Shown: positions 1 through 21,381, counted from the stretch's first letter. The stretch: DNA of 64,000 nt from Amoebidium appalachense (GCA_963693365.1 CAVNZM010000003.1:344851-408850); one strand, 5' to 3'. The notes: generated from the letters alone by a model not told the origin. Numbers and translations are program-made.

Positions 1-50
1 AATAAAACAAACAAAAAAAGCCGGAATATGCATGTGTGTGTGTGACCCAC

Positions 51-6629
<6,579 letters not shown>

Positions 6630-7439
6630 TTTGTTTGTGCTGAAAAAGCAGTGCACACACAAAACTAGATCACTCACACACGAACATGCAAAAAAAAACC
6701 ACAGTATGTAACAGTACAGTACGTGTTAGCCCTTACAGATTCAGACCACGGTGTTTCTAGATGGCCGTGATTCAGACCTAAAAGCCAGAAACCTCGGGTG
6801 TTCGCGAATGCCGCCGGATCGGATTTATTTTTTCGCGCCAAAACACGTCAACGAATCCGAATGACGGGTCCCCCTTCCCCCCCCCTCCCCCCCCCCCCCC
6901 CCCCCCCCCTCCCTCCCCCCCCCGCCCCCCCCCTCTCCCCCCGGGTCCTCTCTCGCCCCCTGCATCCTGGGCCACTACTGTAGGCCCATTGAGCTTGAGT
7001 TCCCTCGCTGTAGCTTCAGCCTGCAGGCTAATAAAGAGCTAATTGCAATACTCTGGTCAGAGCTGTGGAAGACGAGTGTTCGGGAGTGGTAGCCTCACAG
7101 CATAGTATAGGCCTGGGTAGGTGGCCTGGGAAGTTGGCCGCCCGGGCCTGCCCCTGCGCTGCCCACGCGTCCTGCGAATAGACGACCAAGTGGCCACCAG
7201 TGCAGGACAGAACAGATTGCATACTATTACGTACCTACGCTAATATAATTAGAGCTAATGTATTATTACTATAAAAGTAGGAATATACATATTGTTTTAT
7301 CGACACCGGGAACAAGGTGGGGGCAGGGGGGGGGGGGGGGGGGGGGGGGGAGGGGGGGGGGAAGTAACAACAACAAGAACAAAAATGTTCTACTTACACT
7401 GTGCTGACCAACCATCACCTTTGCATTGAAACTCTAGGG

Positions 7440-8828
7440 CCCTCTCTACCTCGGTCAACGCCAAAGGCACCAACCACCACCATATCAACCCAACAATTCA
7501 CCCACGCATATCCAGACCACCGGCACACCGTCATCCACTACTAAACAGTCGTAAGTCAACAGATTTGACTTCAAAACTTTTCTCCACTGAGGCCCCAAGT
7601 CCCCCACACATGTGCTGCTTAACCCCACGACAAAACCACCAGCTATCTCACCAATTTCACACACCACTCCAATTAGAACGACCACGACATTCATTGTTTC
7701 GGCCACTTGGTCTACAGCAAAACCCCCCGTTCAGGCCTAGAACTGCTTTGCAGCATTCTCTAATTAAGCCACCTACACCCACCATAAGTATTCCGGTTAC
7801 CACCATGGATAAATCCCCGGTTACGTCTGTAATCCTGCCCACTAAGGAACATAAAACCTCCACGACAGGCCTTGTTACCAAGTTGGTGAAGCCACTGGTT
7901 ACACTACGTATACGAATGGACTAACTAAGCCCTCCAAACCCTCAACTACGAATGCTCCGCACACATCCCAGGCTACACCGCCTAATTTCCAGTCTCACAC
8001 TCTGCACTCTAAAGCCACCACAATTGCCCGGCTTTCCGGTCTTGCAAACCCACCAATCACATCAACAGGGTTGCACGGGGTTACACCTACTATAGATCCA
8101 GCACTTACAACAACATATATGCACACCAATTCACCTATTCCCTCAAATCATGTTTTGTTCGCTCAGACAACAACATCATCTACACACTGAACTATACCCT
8201 TCACCACAACAACGGTTACTTCCCCTGCAATCCCTCGATAATATGCAATATGATGTGCAGTCACCACAATTGCAGCCTAAGATCTAGCCAAACAGACACA
8301 ACACAGAGCAGGACCATATCCTCGACTCAAGCACATACCACCTCGATCATTTGGCAATCAACCTCCGCCTCGAAACAAAGATTTACGGGGCCTGAAACCA
8401 GACCACAGCTAGCTGCAGGTCGACCTATCTAATGCACCCATTTCCTCGGTCTTATCTTTAACTACGTTGTTGCAGGACACCTCCTTATTGTCATATAGCA
8501 CAACCACATCTACCTTCGCAACTGGGCCAATTCTGCCATCACACCTTCTCTTTCCACCTCCAACAAAAACACCAACAGTAACGTAACCACGAGTGTTGCT
8601 AGTTTTGCTACATATACAAACCAACCGAGTCAAAAAACACCCACGAGCACCAACACTACCCCCTCGATTTTATCTCCCTCGACCTCCATAATCGATAAGT
8701 GTGGTGGTGTGTGCTCACCCAATGCCCAGTGTGGAAGACTCCACTGCGGGTGGGGCTGCATGCCGATGCAACTTGGGGCTCCGTGGCAACGGCGAAAATT
8801 GCACATGTATGGAAACCTCCCTCCCCCC

Positions 8829-8881
<53 letters not shown>

Positions 8882-9123
8882 ATTCTCCCCCTCCTTCCCT
8901 TTACTTAGGGACCGGAGTTTTCTTTAGAATGCTATAAAGTGCATGATCCTGAGTTGTCTGTTTCCGTATCATAGCCAAGTTCGATGAAGTGTTGTTTGTC
9001 TTTCGATTCGTGTGCAGGGACTTATACGGACCCTGACTTGTTCTTGTCAGTTCTCCTTTTTCTGTGTATGGGTACATACTGTACGGATGTGTTCTGAATC
9101 ATAACCGGTACTATGCACACATA

Positions 9124-9189
<66 letters not shown>

Positions 9190-10506
9190 AACACAAACAC
9201 ACACACACACACGCACACACACACACGCACACACACACATTCACACACTGACACACACTGACACACACACACGGTGCATCATACATCCCCTCCCCCCCCC
9301 CCCCCCCCCCCCTCCACCCCTAGCCGCGCAAACCCCAACCACTGAAACGGTGTGTTCCTTTTTCCTGCTTTCGTATGTGGGTGTGTTTGGGGGAAAAGGA
9401 CTTGGTTTAAAGATAATATATCTAAGTTGACATTTAAGCCTATGTCAGCATTGCTATATTGTGACCATCATTGCGAGGTGTTGGTGTTACGTAATATTAT
9501 GGTTGGCTCTGCAGATATACGGTACTTTTACTTAATGTATTGCTTATGGTGATTCAATAGTATGCTCTACATGGCATGATGAAATGATAGCCTGAAAAGC
9601 CGACATTGACGCTAACACACACGAACACCGCCTAGGCCCAACAGCTATTCCAACCGTTCCATTTGGAAACTGTTACACCACGTATGTCAAGTCTTTCAAT
9701 TCATTTACTGGCCCAAGTCAAGCAGTAAACCTGAGCAACGGCCGGTTCGTGGTAGTTCCCCGGCTTAGTAATCTGGCCGCCCCAACCTCCCTGTACGACA
9801 TCTACGCCGTCATATACAACGCTGACATGTCGGGCTTCAAGGACCTCAGGTTGGTAAACACAAACATTAGCGGCAACCAGTCGGCCCCCTCTGTCGCCGC
9901 ATTGCAAGGAGTGAATGCGAGCCGCTGCGCAGATTTTCAAGAGCGATGGGACGAAGGTTGGGTCCGAGATAACGACAGACCCTCTGTCGAGTTCCGTGTT
10001 CTCTCGCCCGAGTCTTGTGGCTATGTCCGACGGAGGATTTGTGTTTGCGTATATACGGTCAACTTAGGCTATACTATCCTGGGTCAGCGGTTTGATGCAA
10101 ATGGAAATGGCATGCGCATGGGCGGCGAAACCGTTCTGTACACTACCTGCCACCAAGGCTCGTGGGCTATGGAGTTATTTGCGCTCAATGCGACAATGTA
10201 CAGGGTGGCGTACATACCCTCCATTACTAACAACCATGTGTTACTGAAAACGGGGTAGAATAAATGTGTGTACATGTTGCAAAGTAGTGGATCCAATCAT
10301 AAATCATGTGCCACTTCGGCTAGACCAATCTTCGTCGTTTGCTATTTGCTCACCAAAATACACATACACACCGAGTCTTCTATCACCATCCATCCTCAGA
10401 TGATCAAATCCACTTGGTTGTTACGTCAAGTTATAGGTAGGACCTCGGTGGTGCCACAGTGCCACTGGTGTGCGCATGCGCGCCTGCGTGACCGTGTGTG
10501 TTCAAG

Positions 10507-10542
<36 letters not shown>

Positions 10543-10581
10543 GAACTTATTCAACAACTTGCTTGTGTGTGTGACAAAACG

Positions 10582-10615
<34 letters not shown>

Positions 10616-11290
10616 TTCTGTGTGTGTGCGTGCCCTTGTATTTGTGTGATTGTACATGTGCTTGAGTGTGTGTACAGTTGTTTGCTGGTGTCTGCTTTCA
10701 ACATTAATGCCTCCGTGACCCTTCTCCCCCCGGGCCCCCCTTTTATCCCTAAGCCCTGCTTCACCTCTGATCTCTCCCTCCGAGGCCTCCCCCCCCCCCC
10801 CCCCCCCCCCTCCCCCCGCCCCCCGCGGCCGTCCTCCAGCTGCAGTCCCCCTGTCTTTCAAATTGTGTCTTTGTTGGGTTCCCCAGAGACCGGCCACCCT
10901 TTTGGGAACCCAGCGCTCCTCGACCTGCTATTGGCCTTGGATGAAGTGCGAAACCGCGCCAACGACATGGACATCACCTTCGAGACCATTGACGTAAGTT
11001 CACCCCCCCCCCCCCCCCCTCCCGGGGGGGACCTACCATCCCACTAAAGTGGTGGGTCCCCCCTCCCCCCGGAGGAGTACCGGTGGGGACCCACCACCAA
11101 TATGGTCAATTTAGGGAGGAGGGGGGGGGGGGGTTGCCTCGAGCAGGTGGGTCCCCAGGGTGGGGGGGGGGGGGGGGGGGGGAGGGGGGAGACCCACCAC
11201 CAGGCGGGACCTCAATACTTATTAGTGCCTATGTAGGACCTGGTAGAGCAGTTGCTATTTTGCAGATACTATTAGCCATTGGTATGCTAT
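7440..11290 (+). pseudogene. Degenerate secreted/cell-surface protein locus: Thr/Ser/Pro-rich mucin-like stalk, EGF-like domain and further extracellular exons
   Basis: 7440-8700 encodes T/S/P-rich peptide fragments broken by stops and frameshifts. 8700-8805 reads CGGVCSPNAQC / EDSTAGGAACRCNLGLRGNGENCT (EGF-like, one extra base) then a gtatgg donor. ORF 9749-10258 has several N-x-S/T sequons. An exon-like piece at 10861-10993 ends in gtaagt, followed by a hydrophobic piece (RAVAILQILLAIG). Confidence 0.45.
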
Positions 11291-12341
11291 GCGTAAATTA
11301 TCATTAGTTGTGGCCTTACAAACCTATGTTAGCCAAAGTTCTGAATGTTGGCTTTTGCCCGGATGATTATTGGTGCAGCAAACTGTGTCCAGTATTAAAA
11401 ACGGCCGGTACATGTGTATTGTAGCATCCCACAATCAAGCAGTAGAAAGGACATTTTGCCAGCAGCTATCAGGCTGTGGCCACTCAAATGAGTGACCTCC
11501 CCACCTTGCCCTCTGCATGCAAGTGTATGTGTGCAGCCCGTTTACTCGCGTGTCACAGTGGCTGGCGTGTAAATACACCAGTTGGGGGTTAAACAAAAAA
11601 CAGGGGAGACCCTGAAACCTCTTGCTTAAACGTTGTGCAGCTACTGTACCGCAATCAGCTTATCAGAGTAGTTTGCGTGCAAACTAGCCTGTGACATAGA
11701 CTCTGCTCCCCCCCCCCCCAAAAAAAAGTTGAATTCAAATTAAACCTGCAATCTCATGATAAATGGCATGAAATGACCGTGGTCACAGTGTACTGGGGCC
11801 GGGTATAGAGACAAATAAATATGAAAATTTATTGGTTTGGTAGCTCCGTACGCGATTACTCAACACATATCAAATGCGTAATCAGCGTTTTCAACATAGC
11901 CTGCTACTAGTATCATTATGGTCCCAGCATAAAGTACAACGAATCATATATAAAGACTCTGTTGGTATACGTAGATTATAAAAAGAATCCCTTGAAAAAA
12001 TTATTCGTGGTTAAAGTGGATGGTCCTACTAATTAAAGTGAAGTGGATAGATTTGGCTCGCAAGGTTCACTAGTGCATTAGGGTCCACGTAGGACTTTCT
12101 CATGACGTCATATTGACGTTAATGCTAGGGCATATCACCAGTGATGTAAGTCTATATATTTGGCTTTCTCGAAATAGCGTTGCTTGTTTAGATATCTCGC
12201 AGTTACGAATGCAACCGAATCGTAGAGAAATTTTGAACATATTCGTTTAAAAGAGAGTATATATGTACATAGAAAAGTGGCCGGGAGTAAGGGATAAGGG
12301 CTACACCATGGGCGCTCTACTGACAATATCGAACCCTGTAT

Positions 12342-12538
12342 TCAAGCCCTCCACACCACTCCACAGCGCATGCGCTGCCTCTGCACAGCCAATGATAGAG
12401 CTTCTTTGAGTCTACCCTCGTCCAACCAAATGGTCCCGTTCGGCCTGAAATGATACGATTGGTTAATGCATAACATTTTATTGCAACTTTTTCAGGTAGC
12501 CTCCCCCCCTCTCCCCTTCCCTGCCCTCCTCCCTCCCG

Positions 12539-12619
<81 letters not shown>

Positions 12620-12935
12620 GTTCAGACCCAGTAAGATTTACCAAACGATTATTGGTCCAATTCTTCTCTGAGACATGTACATGATGGTGACCACCGAGTT
12701 ATGCATGTACACCAAACAAACTATATCTTCTTGTTGCTTCAACGTCTCGTGTGAGTTCAAAGCTTTAATTAAGAGCATAATGTTGCCGGCAAATAAGAGC
12801 ACGGGGAATTGAAGATATTGCTAAGTTGAGGGGGAAGGGATGAAGATGATGAAGGGTGTGGGGTTATCTCCCTCCTACTGTGTGGGAGTTTCAATTTCTC
12901 TTCTCTCTTGCTCACACTCTCTATATCCCCCCCCC

Positions 12936-12969
<34 letters not shown>

Positions 12970-13212
12970 GCAGCGCGCGTTTCTTCCCCTCAGATGCAGA
13001 CCGCTCACACAGACATGCATCCATTAAAAGATGGAAAAAAGTATATGGAAGAACCCTTCCGCAGATGTGTTATCCTTATCTGGTTTATGCACTTGCCTTA
13101 TTTGGTGGCCTGCACTGGCTCTGTAGATCACATCGATCCCCTCAAACCCCCGTGCCAACTGCTCCGGCCCACCCTCGGGGGATTTGTCTGAGAGTTCAAG
13201 TACAATGGTGTT

Positions 13213-13307
<95 letters not shown>

Positions 13308-13904
13308 GTGTGTGTGTGCGTGTGTGCGCGCGTGTGTCTGCATGTTAGAGAATAAAAAAAAAATTGAACAGGTATATGTGTTGTAGATGAATCTTCTAAA
13401 CCCCCTTCTTTGTTAGACTATTTTGCCTGCACATTGTAGAGAAGGAGAGGTGGGGAAGGGGCAGGATATTTGTTGAAGACAACACACGGAAAAAATTTGT
13501 TTTTTGAGTTTTCCATTTGTGTGCCTGTTGATGTGTCGCTGGGAAGAACAAAGAGAGCGAGAAAGGGGGAAAAGGGGGAGCGCAGGAGCAAAAGTGCTTC
13601 AGGTGAGATGAAAGGGGCTAAGAAAACGTAATAAAAAAAAACAAAAAAAAAAGGGAAAACAGTTAAATGAGCACTCACCTTGTCGCCATGGCCACCCAAT
13701 CGCTATGAAACCCGGGTAACGTTACCACCAACCCCGCACCGGCCAAAATTCTAGCAAAATCCTTGGGGTGGTTGGTGGGTCCCACGTGAAGAAGGGTGGG
13801 TGGGGGCATGTGGTGGGCGGAAAGAACTCGAAGGAGGGTCGGGTGGGTGGGAAGGGCACTGGGGATGGACTCTGTGTGTGTTTGGTAGGGGGGGGGGAGG
13901 GGGT

Positions 13905-13991
<87 letters not shown>

Positions 13992-14405
13992 TGGGTGTAT
14001 GTCTGTGTGTGCGTGTGTGAGTGTGTGTGAGTGTGTGTGAATGTCTGTGTATGAGTGTGTGTGTTCGTCGGAAAGGAAGGGAGGGGAAAGGGGTGTTAGA
14101 AGTTCGATAGCTGCATGGTAACAAAAAGAGAATGGGGGAAGCCAAAATATTGCAGGGGGAAAAACGAAAAAGTACCTGCGAGGCCACTTAATAGTGAGAT
14201 AGATATGTGAGCCTCGTTGATGATCCCTCCCCCCCGCCCGCCCTCCCGCCCTCCCCCTCCCCCTCTCCAAAAAAAAGAGGGGTCATAAAATCCCAACCCT
14301 TCAAATAATCACGCCCACCTCCCTACCTCTCGGCGCAACTTTTTAAATCAAACGTTTGGTCACTCCTTTGGCCATCTACAGTCGCTTCGAGTCCCTTCCA
14401 CCCCG

Positions 14406-14447
<42 letters not shown>

Positions 14448-15940
14448 ATAAATAAATAAAAAATAAACAATCGCTTCGAGTCCCTTCCCTCCCCCCCCCC
14501 CCCCCCCCCAAAAAAAAAAAAAAAAAAAAAAAACCTCTCCATCGGCACCCCCTACACAATAATACTAATAATAAGTCCCCCCCCTCCCCCCATTCCCTTT
14601 TAAAAAAAAGAAAGAAAGAAAGAAAAAGTAAAAAGAAAAGAAAAGAAAAGAAAAGAAAAGAAAAGAAAAGAAAAGAAAAGAAAAGAAAAGAAAAGAAAAG
14701 AAAGAAAGAAACTCACCTTGTGCATGCAGTATGACTGTCTTAGGGAATGGACAGTTTCCCTCTGGCATGTCTTTTGGCAAAATGCGCTTGTGCATGTGTG
14801 TGCGCCATGTTCTCGCATGCTGGGGGCTGAAGAAGAGACGATGCGATTGGCTGGGATCCACCTATCAGATCGACCCAAAACAGTCAGTTGTGCGTTTTGG
14901 ATTCGCTCATGTTTACTTCGAATGATGATCAACAGCTTTGGAGTTTCATTTTTGCCCTGACCAAACCTGCACCTTCCCCCCCCCCCCCCCCCCCCCCCCC
15001 CCTGGACTCTTCAACGAACCAGCCACTGCCCCAGTTACACACAATATAAACACCACTTATGCAAACACACACCTCTCTCGATAAATAATACTTTTTCTGT
15101 CAATACATTTACTCTTCCTGCTCTGCCTGGATAGAACCATCAGGCCCGTAGTAAGCCGAACAGTTCACCCGATTTATGTATCTATTTTCACACATCCTCC
15201 TTCGCCATCCCCCTTCCCCCCTCTCCTTCCCCCAATACCATGCAACCCTCTCCCCCGCTCCCTCTACAATACACACACGCGCACGCACACACGCACGCAC
15301 GCACGCACGCGCGCACACACACACAGACACACACACACTCTACACTACTCTGCCCCCCATTCTTTCTCCTAGGAAAGAACCAAGAAGAAAAACGAAAACA
15401 AGAACGTACAACCCGCACACCACTACGAAATTTCACGGAAAATTCAAGGATTTCAGGCAACACCACCCACCTGCACAAGCCGCTCGACGCACACCAACCC
15501 ACTCCCCAAATCTTTGATCTCGTCTGCAAACACCGATTGGTTCATGGCGCTCTTGCCTAATATGGAAGGTATCACGTGATCCTCAGCCAATGGCCGGTCC
15601 ATATTCGCGCTGATGACGTATCTGGGCGAGTGTGTGCCTTTTTCCTAATATGGGAATTGTTAGAGTTAACACGTGGCATGCATTCGGGAAAAATCTGCCA
15701 CACGTGGTAGTTTGATGCATTGTAGATGATGTATTTCCCGGGGATGTTTTGGTGATGGTGGTAGTGGGGTGGTGGAGAAGTGGTGGCTTTTTCGTTCATA
15801 ATCACCCGTATTGGCTCCCCCCCCCCCCCCCCCCCCCCCCCCGCCCCTTCCTCGGCCCCCGCCCCCGCCCCTGCTCGCTCCCCATCCCCTCCCCAACTGC
15901 CACCCACAATCACCACACGCCCCTTCAACGCCAAGTGCTA

Positions 15941-15976
<36 letters not shown>

Positions 15977-16036
15977 CGCGCACACGAGTGTTTGCACACG
16001 TGTGTACTTGTGTGTGTGCACGCGCGCGTGTTTTTA

Positions 16037-16091
<55 letters not shown>

Positions 16092-17175
16092 GCGTGCGCG
16101 CACATGAGTGTTTGCACGCTTGTGTACTTGTGTGTACTTGTGTGTGTGTGTGTACGCGCGTGTGCACGCGGGCGTGTGTGTGTGCGCGCACATGCGTTTC
16201 CTAGTGTTTTTGTGTGTGTAAGTGTGAGTGTGTGTTCAACAGTGGTATTTGTGTGCAGGTATGGAAGGTTTGTGTGCACACAACACAGGTTCCTTATCGT
16301 ATGCCTAAAATTGTTTGAATTCTTGGAGATTCGTCCATGGCTGTGTGTGTGTACATGTGTGCTGGTGTGTGTGGGGGGGGGGGGGGGGGGGGGGGGAGGG
16401 GGGAGGACTTGCATTGTTCAAATGGAAGAAATGCAAGAGCTGCCGCAGAATCGCAGGGTCATTTCTATTGGTTGCCGTCAGCCAATAAGCTGCGCCCTCG
16501 CCACCGGCACTTACATTCCTCTGTCGGGCCTTCTCGGGCCCCCACACCTCCAACGGCTTATTGCCGCTGAACGCTGCATACACCTTCCATATAAGGAATC
16601 GAATCACGTGTACTACTCTGCCCTTTCTGCCTCTCTACCTCTCCCCCCCCCTCCCCCCCCACCCCCCCCCCCCCCCCCCGCTCCCTCTCCCTTCCCTGCA
16701 ACCTACCCTTCGATATGGTGTCAGACTAGACGGAGTTGGTGCAATGCCTCTAAGGGCTTTTAGAAAGCCCCCGCCCCCCCCCCCCACCCACTCCTCCCCC
16801 GCCCCCTCCCCCCTCCCCCCCCCCCCCCCCCTCTCATTCAGTCACACTATAAATATAATGCATGTGAACTCTTCGTTCAAATACATCAAGACGCTGTTGA
16901 CTATGTCATGCACGTGCACACGAAAACGCACCCATGCCCTCCCCTCACCACCTCCCCCCCCCTTCCCCACGCACACACGCGCACATGCACACACACGCAC
17001 ACGTGCAACACGCACACGCACACGCACACACACACACATATACACCGACCCCTCCCCCCTCTCCCCCTTCCCTCCCCCCGCCCCCTCTCCCCGCCCCCCT
17101 CCCCCCCCCCCCCTGGTCCCGCTTCTCCCCTCCACACGCACGCACATGCACATGCACATACATAACACCCCCCCC

Positions 17176-17206
<31 letters not shown>

Positions 17207-19114
17207 ACCTTTCAGCAGCTTGCATTGGTTGACCAGGTATTCCGGACACTTTGAATTTCCGCCAGTCGCAACTTCAGTTTTCAGGCAACACTCCCGGATT
17301 ACCGTCACATCGTCTCCCTCTTTTGCCAACAGTACCGTCCTATCGGAGCCCAAACACACATTTTGGTGCTCGAAAATATGCATGCCCGTTCTTAGCCGAA
17401 CAAACGCGCTGCTTCCCAAATTTGGCAACTCAACCGGAGCCATCATTTCTGATTGGTTCATTTTGTCCTCTTCTTCTCCGCTTTTCAACCCACGCGCCGG
17501 CGTTGGTTTTCTCGCGGTTCTTTCCAGAACTTTATTTGCGTTCGTTACCGCTACGTTTGTCGTTATTCTATTGGTTGTTTGCTTTTCACTTTCCGGCGTT
17601 TCCGAATTTGGCATTAGCCCCTCCGTGGATGTCTCCGATCTTATCTGATCGAAGTAATCGTCTTCATCCTCATCGGTCGTGTCAGCTTCGTCTCCCTCTC
17701 CCTCCTCCCCCTCTTCCTCCTCTCCTCCAATCCCTTTGGCTTTTCCAGAAATCTCCGTGTTCTCACTTACCACCGTGGTACTCTCCTCATTCCTTATTTG
17801 GGAAAAATATGTGTCCTCGTCATTCGCCTGATCTGATTGGCTATCTCCCTCATCCTCTTCACCCTCCTCCTCTCCCTCCTCTTCGTCTACGGGACTTTCA
17901 ACTTCGTTTTTCGTTTTCGATTCTGTCTTTTCCAATTCATTTCCGATTGATTCCTCCGTGTTTTCTAGGTTGGGGACATCCGCGCCAGTGCGAGCACTCA
18001 AACTTGGAACGGCCATTTGCGGGACCTCCAAAATCTGCCATGCAAGTAATGAGTATGTACCCTGGATACTTCTGTGTGTGTGCATGTGTTTTTGCGGGCA
18101 GTGAGGAGGGGGGGAAGGGAGGGGGAGGGGGGGGGGGGGGGGGGGGGTATAGAGAAAATATACGACGACACAAGTAATAGTGCAGTGTGAATGTAGGAGA
18201 ACCACACGGGAGAAACTCAAAAATCACACGACACACCCACCCCACTCTGCGCCCCACATACCACCAAACACCTGCTTACGCAACAAAACGGATGCAACTC
18301 ATACTCGCTAACCCCCTCCCCCCTCCCCCCCACCGGCACACACACACAAACCCCTACCCTCGCTATATACTTTCTGTCACGGGCCTTGGAACATTTGGAT
18401 GATCCCCATTGAAATGCATTAGGCCGAGAGTTTGCACTTACACAAAAAGGATCTCGTAGGGAACTCACGCAAAGTGTAGGTTGACACCATAGACAAGAGG
18501 CAGTCCACAGTAGCGGTACTTATTACTTTCAACAATATGAGATTGCACTGTGGTGTGCAGGCAAGGGAGAGTTGGGAAAGGATAGGATTCTTTTTCTTTG
18601 GGGGGTCGGAGGTGGATTGAGGGGGTTGAAGGGTTGGGGGGGGGGGGGTTGCACAAGTTGGGACATAAGGTCCACGTGCCTATATCTTTGTTGCAAAGGG
18701 AGCGCACAGGGGGGGTTTGAAAGGTGAGCTTGTGGGGGGAGCAGGGGTTGAAATTCTTGCCTTTTCAGCTGTCTCTTCTTGCTCACGCTTTTCGCCCTTT
18801 TCCATCCGCAACTGAGAATTGTATTTCCCGTGTACAGTTTGCACTCGTTTTTCTTCTGTCCCTTCCATAAAAAGGTGCGGATGGGTGACTGCGTCTACTT
18901 TTAGCGCCACACTCGTATCAGAAAAGAAAAGTGATCTTCCGGAAAGCTTGTGTATAGAAAACATGAGAAAAACCAAGACAACTGAGAGCAGAAATACACG
19001 TTGAAGTGTGTCAAATTGACGTGAGATACCCCCGCCTTTCGATAATCTGCGGGTGCTAACGGGAAGGATCCCCTGCATACTGGAGCTCCTACCTAACATC
19101 TTGCCCACTGCCAT
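12342..19114 (-). CDS. Type II membrane glycosyltransferase-like protein (GT61/DUF563-like), multi-exon, with an acidic stem
   Basis: N-terminal tail plus a single TM ([15 protein letters not shown]); long acidic exon ~18040-17209. Catalytic-like exons: [10 protein letters not shown]; [22 protein letters not shown]; [11 protein letters not shown]...PKTVILH; [28 protein letters not shown]|[30 protein letters not shown]; terminal [33 protein letters not shown]. The motif order matches the GT61 fold. Some internal exons are uncertain. Confidence 0.55.
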
Positions 19115-20087
19115 GTTTAGGTGTAGTTGTATTAGACGGTGTGTGCAAACGGTGAATGGGGTGTCTAACAAAGCGCTTATAATTCAAAAATCATGTTTTA
19201 TAGTACCACTGGTAATAGGGGTTTTTTTAGAAAAAGGAAGACGAAGTCAAACTTATTGGTGGGCCTCAAAGCGGATAGACGCCAGAAGTGAATATTGGTG
19301 CACACATGCACATGAGGATTCAACTTGGAGAAGCGGTGGTCGAAAAGGTGCTTATCAAGAGACGGCAGTTTTTGCATATGACAACTAGGGGGTACTATTC
19401 AAATCGCTGTGTAAATATACTTTGAAATGGGTGTGCTATGGAGTGCTGTCTCAGTATGATTCAAGAAGTTACTGAATGAATGATGAGTGTGTCATGGTAT
19501 GTACATACAATAGGTAATTTGCTCTGTTCGCTTTATCACCGAAGAAGCCTTCAAAGAAGGCTGTCCTGTTTTAGTCTATAGAACGATGGCCAATCGGCGC
19601 AGCCTACGGCACAAAAAATGCAAGGCATATAATTGGCTCGGAACGCACACCTAAAGAAGTAGCCAATCGGTGGCGACATCGTTTGATGCCCGATCTGCCA
19701 GTTCTATCAAATCCGTTGCAGCGCGGGCCAAAGTTGAACAGTCCTGAGTTCTGTCCTGACTCCTGAGTGAGGCGGAGCCGAGTCGGAAGGCGCAGCATGC
19801 GCGAAATTTTGGGAGAACGTTGGCATCAAGCCTGTTTCTCCGTATTTATCCCTGCTGCGTTTAGTTGGGCTTTTCCCGCACTGATCACCTAACCGGATAA
19901 CCTGGATAGACCGGCTAAGCCAATCATGATGGCACAGTTGAGCCCATAACGTTATGCAGTTGCAGCCTCAAGCAAGGCCTTCTTATCATCTCTCTAGCCT
20001 CTTTCCCAGAGAAGTTGGGGCCTTGTGTAGTCTCCGGGTTGTCTCCGAATCGTTGAACTTGCACTACATGTTTCAACCTTTGCAAAC

Positions 20088-20141
20088 CTCTCTCTCTCTC
20101 TCTCTCTCCCCCCCCCCCCCCCCCCCTCCCTCCCTCCCTCC

Positions 20142-20181
<40 letters not shown>

Positions 20182-20263
20182 CCCCCCCCCCCCCCCCCCT
20201 CTCTCTCCTTCTCTCTCTCTCCCTCTCCCTCCCTCCCGCTCTCTTTCTCTATCTATCTATCTA

Positions 20264-20315
<52 letters not shown>

Positions 20316-20377
20316 GCCTCTCTCTCTCTCTCTCTCTCTGCCTCTCTCTCTCTCTCTCCTCTCTCCCTCTCTTTCCC

Positions 20378-20430
<53 letters not shown>

Positions 20431-20505
20431 TTCTCTCTGTCTCTCCCCTTCACTCGTTCACTCACTCATACACTCACACTCACACACACACACACACACA
20501 CACAC

Positions 20506-20570
<65 letters not shown>

Positions 20571-20667
20571 TCTCTCTTTCTCTCTCTCCCTCTCTCTCTC
20601 TCTCTTTCTCTATCTCTGTCTCTATCCCCCCCCCCCCCCCCCTTACCCACCCATCACCTACCTTATC

Positions 20668-20701
<34 letters not shown>

Positions 20702-20760
20702 TTCCCCCACCACCTTCTACCTTTACTTCTCTTTCTTCCTCGCTCTCCAAACCTCCCTTC
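20088..20760. repeat. (CT)n/(CA)n/poly-C low-complexity tract
   Basis: Directly visible. ORF 19954-20850 is an artefact of it. Confidence 0.95.
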
Positions 20761-21381
20761 CCTCTCTATCCATCGCTCTCGGGGCTCAGGATCCCTCCCC
20801 TTTCCTCAGGTAGAGTAGTCTTTCTCTCTCCATATCTAGTCTCCCAGTAGTCTCACACGTAAACAAGCTATACTTATCACAAAACATCTATAGTGAACAC
20901 CCTCCTTATCCCCCTCCTCACCCCGTTCCCAACAGTATATGATAACAACGCACAGCTCCTAAATATTTTTTCTCATCTCTTGAGGTGTGCCACGGGACGT
21001 GGTGGAATGTATTCAGGATTTATTTATGAGCCATGACCCAATCAAATGTTTTACGTGCAAACCACATATAGCTATATTTTGATTTTCAAATAAACGCGAC
21101 CAATCACGTCGATCTTCTTTGAGCCACCTGCCAGCAGTGCGCCTGATGTCACACCCGGCGTCCCGGACTCGCGGCCTTGATTAAGGGATACGGGATCGGC
21201 GATTTTGAGTGGTCCCCGATTTCTTTCTGGCGCCGCCTTTTTTCCCCCTGATTACGTAACGCGTTGCTACGCACCCACACCGTACAACGAGTTTTGTGTT
21301 CGCACGTTAACGCAGAGGGCGCACAACCCGAAAGAATTTTTTTCATGAAAAGAAACTACTTTGAATACATGCACTTTTACC

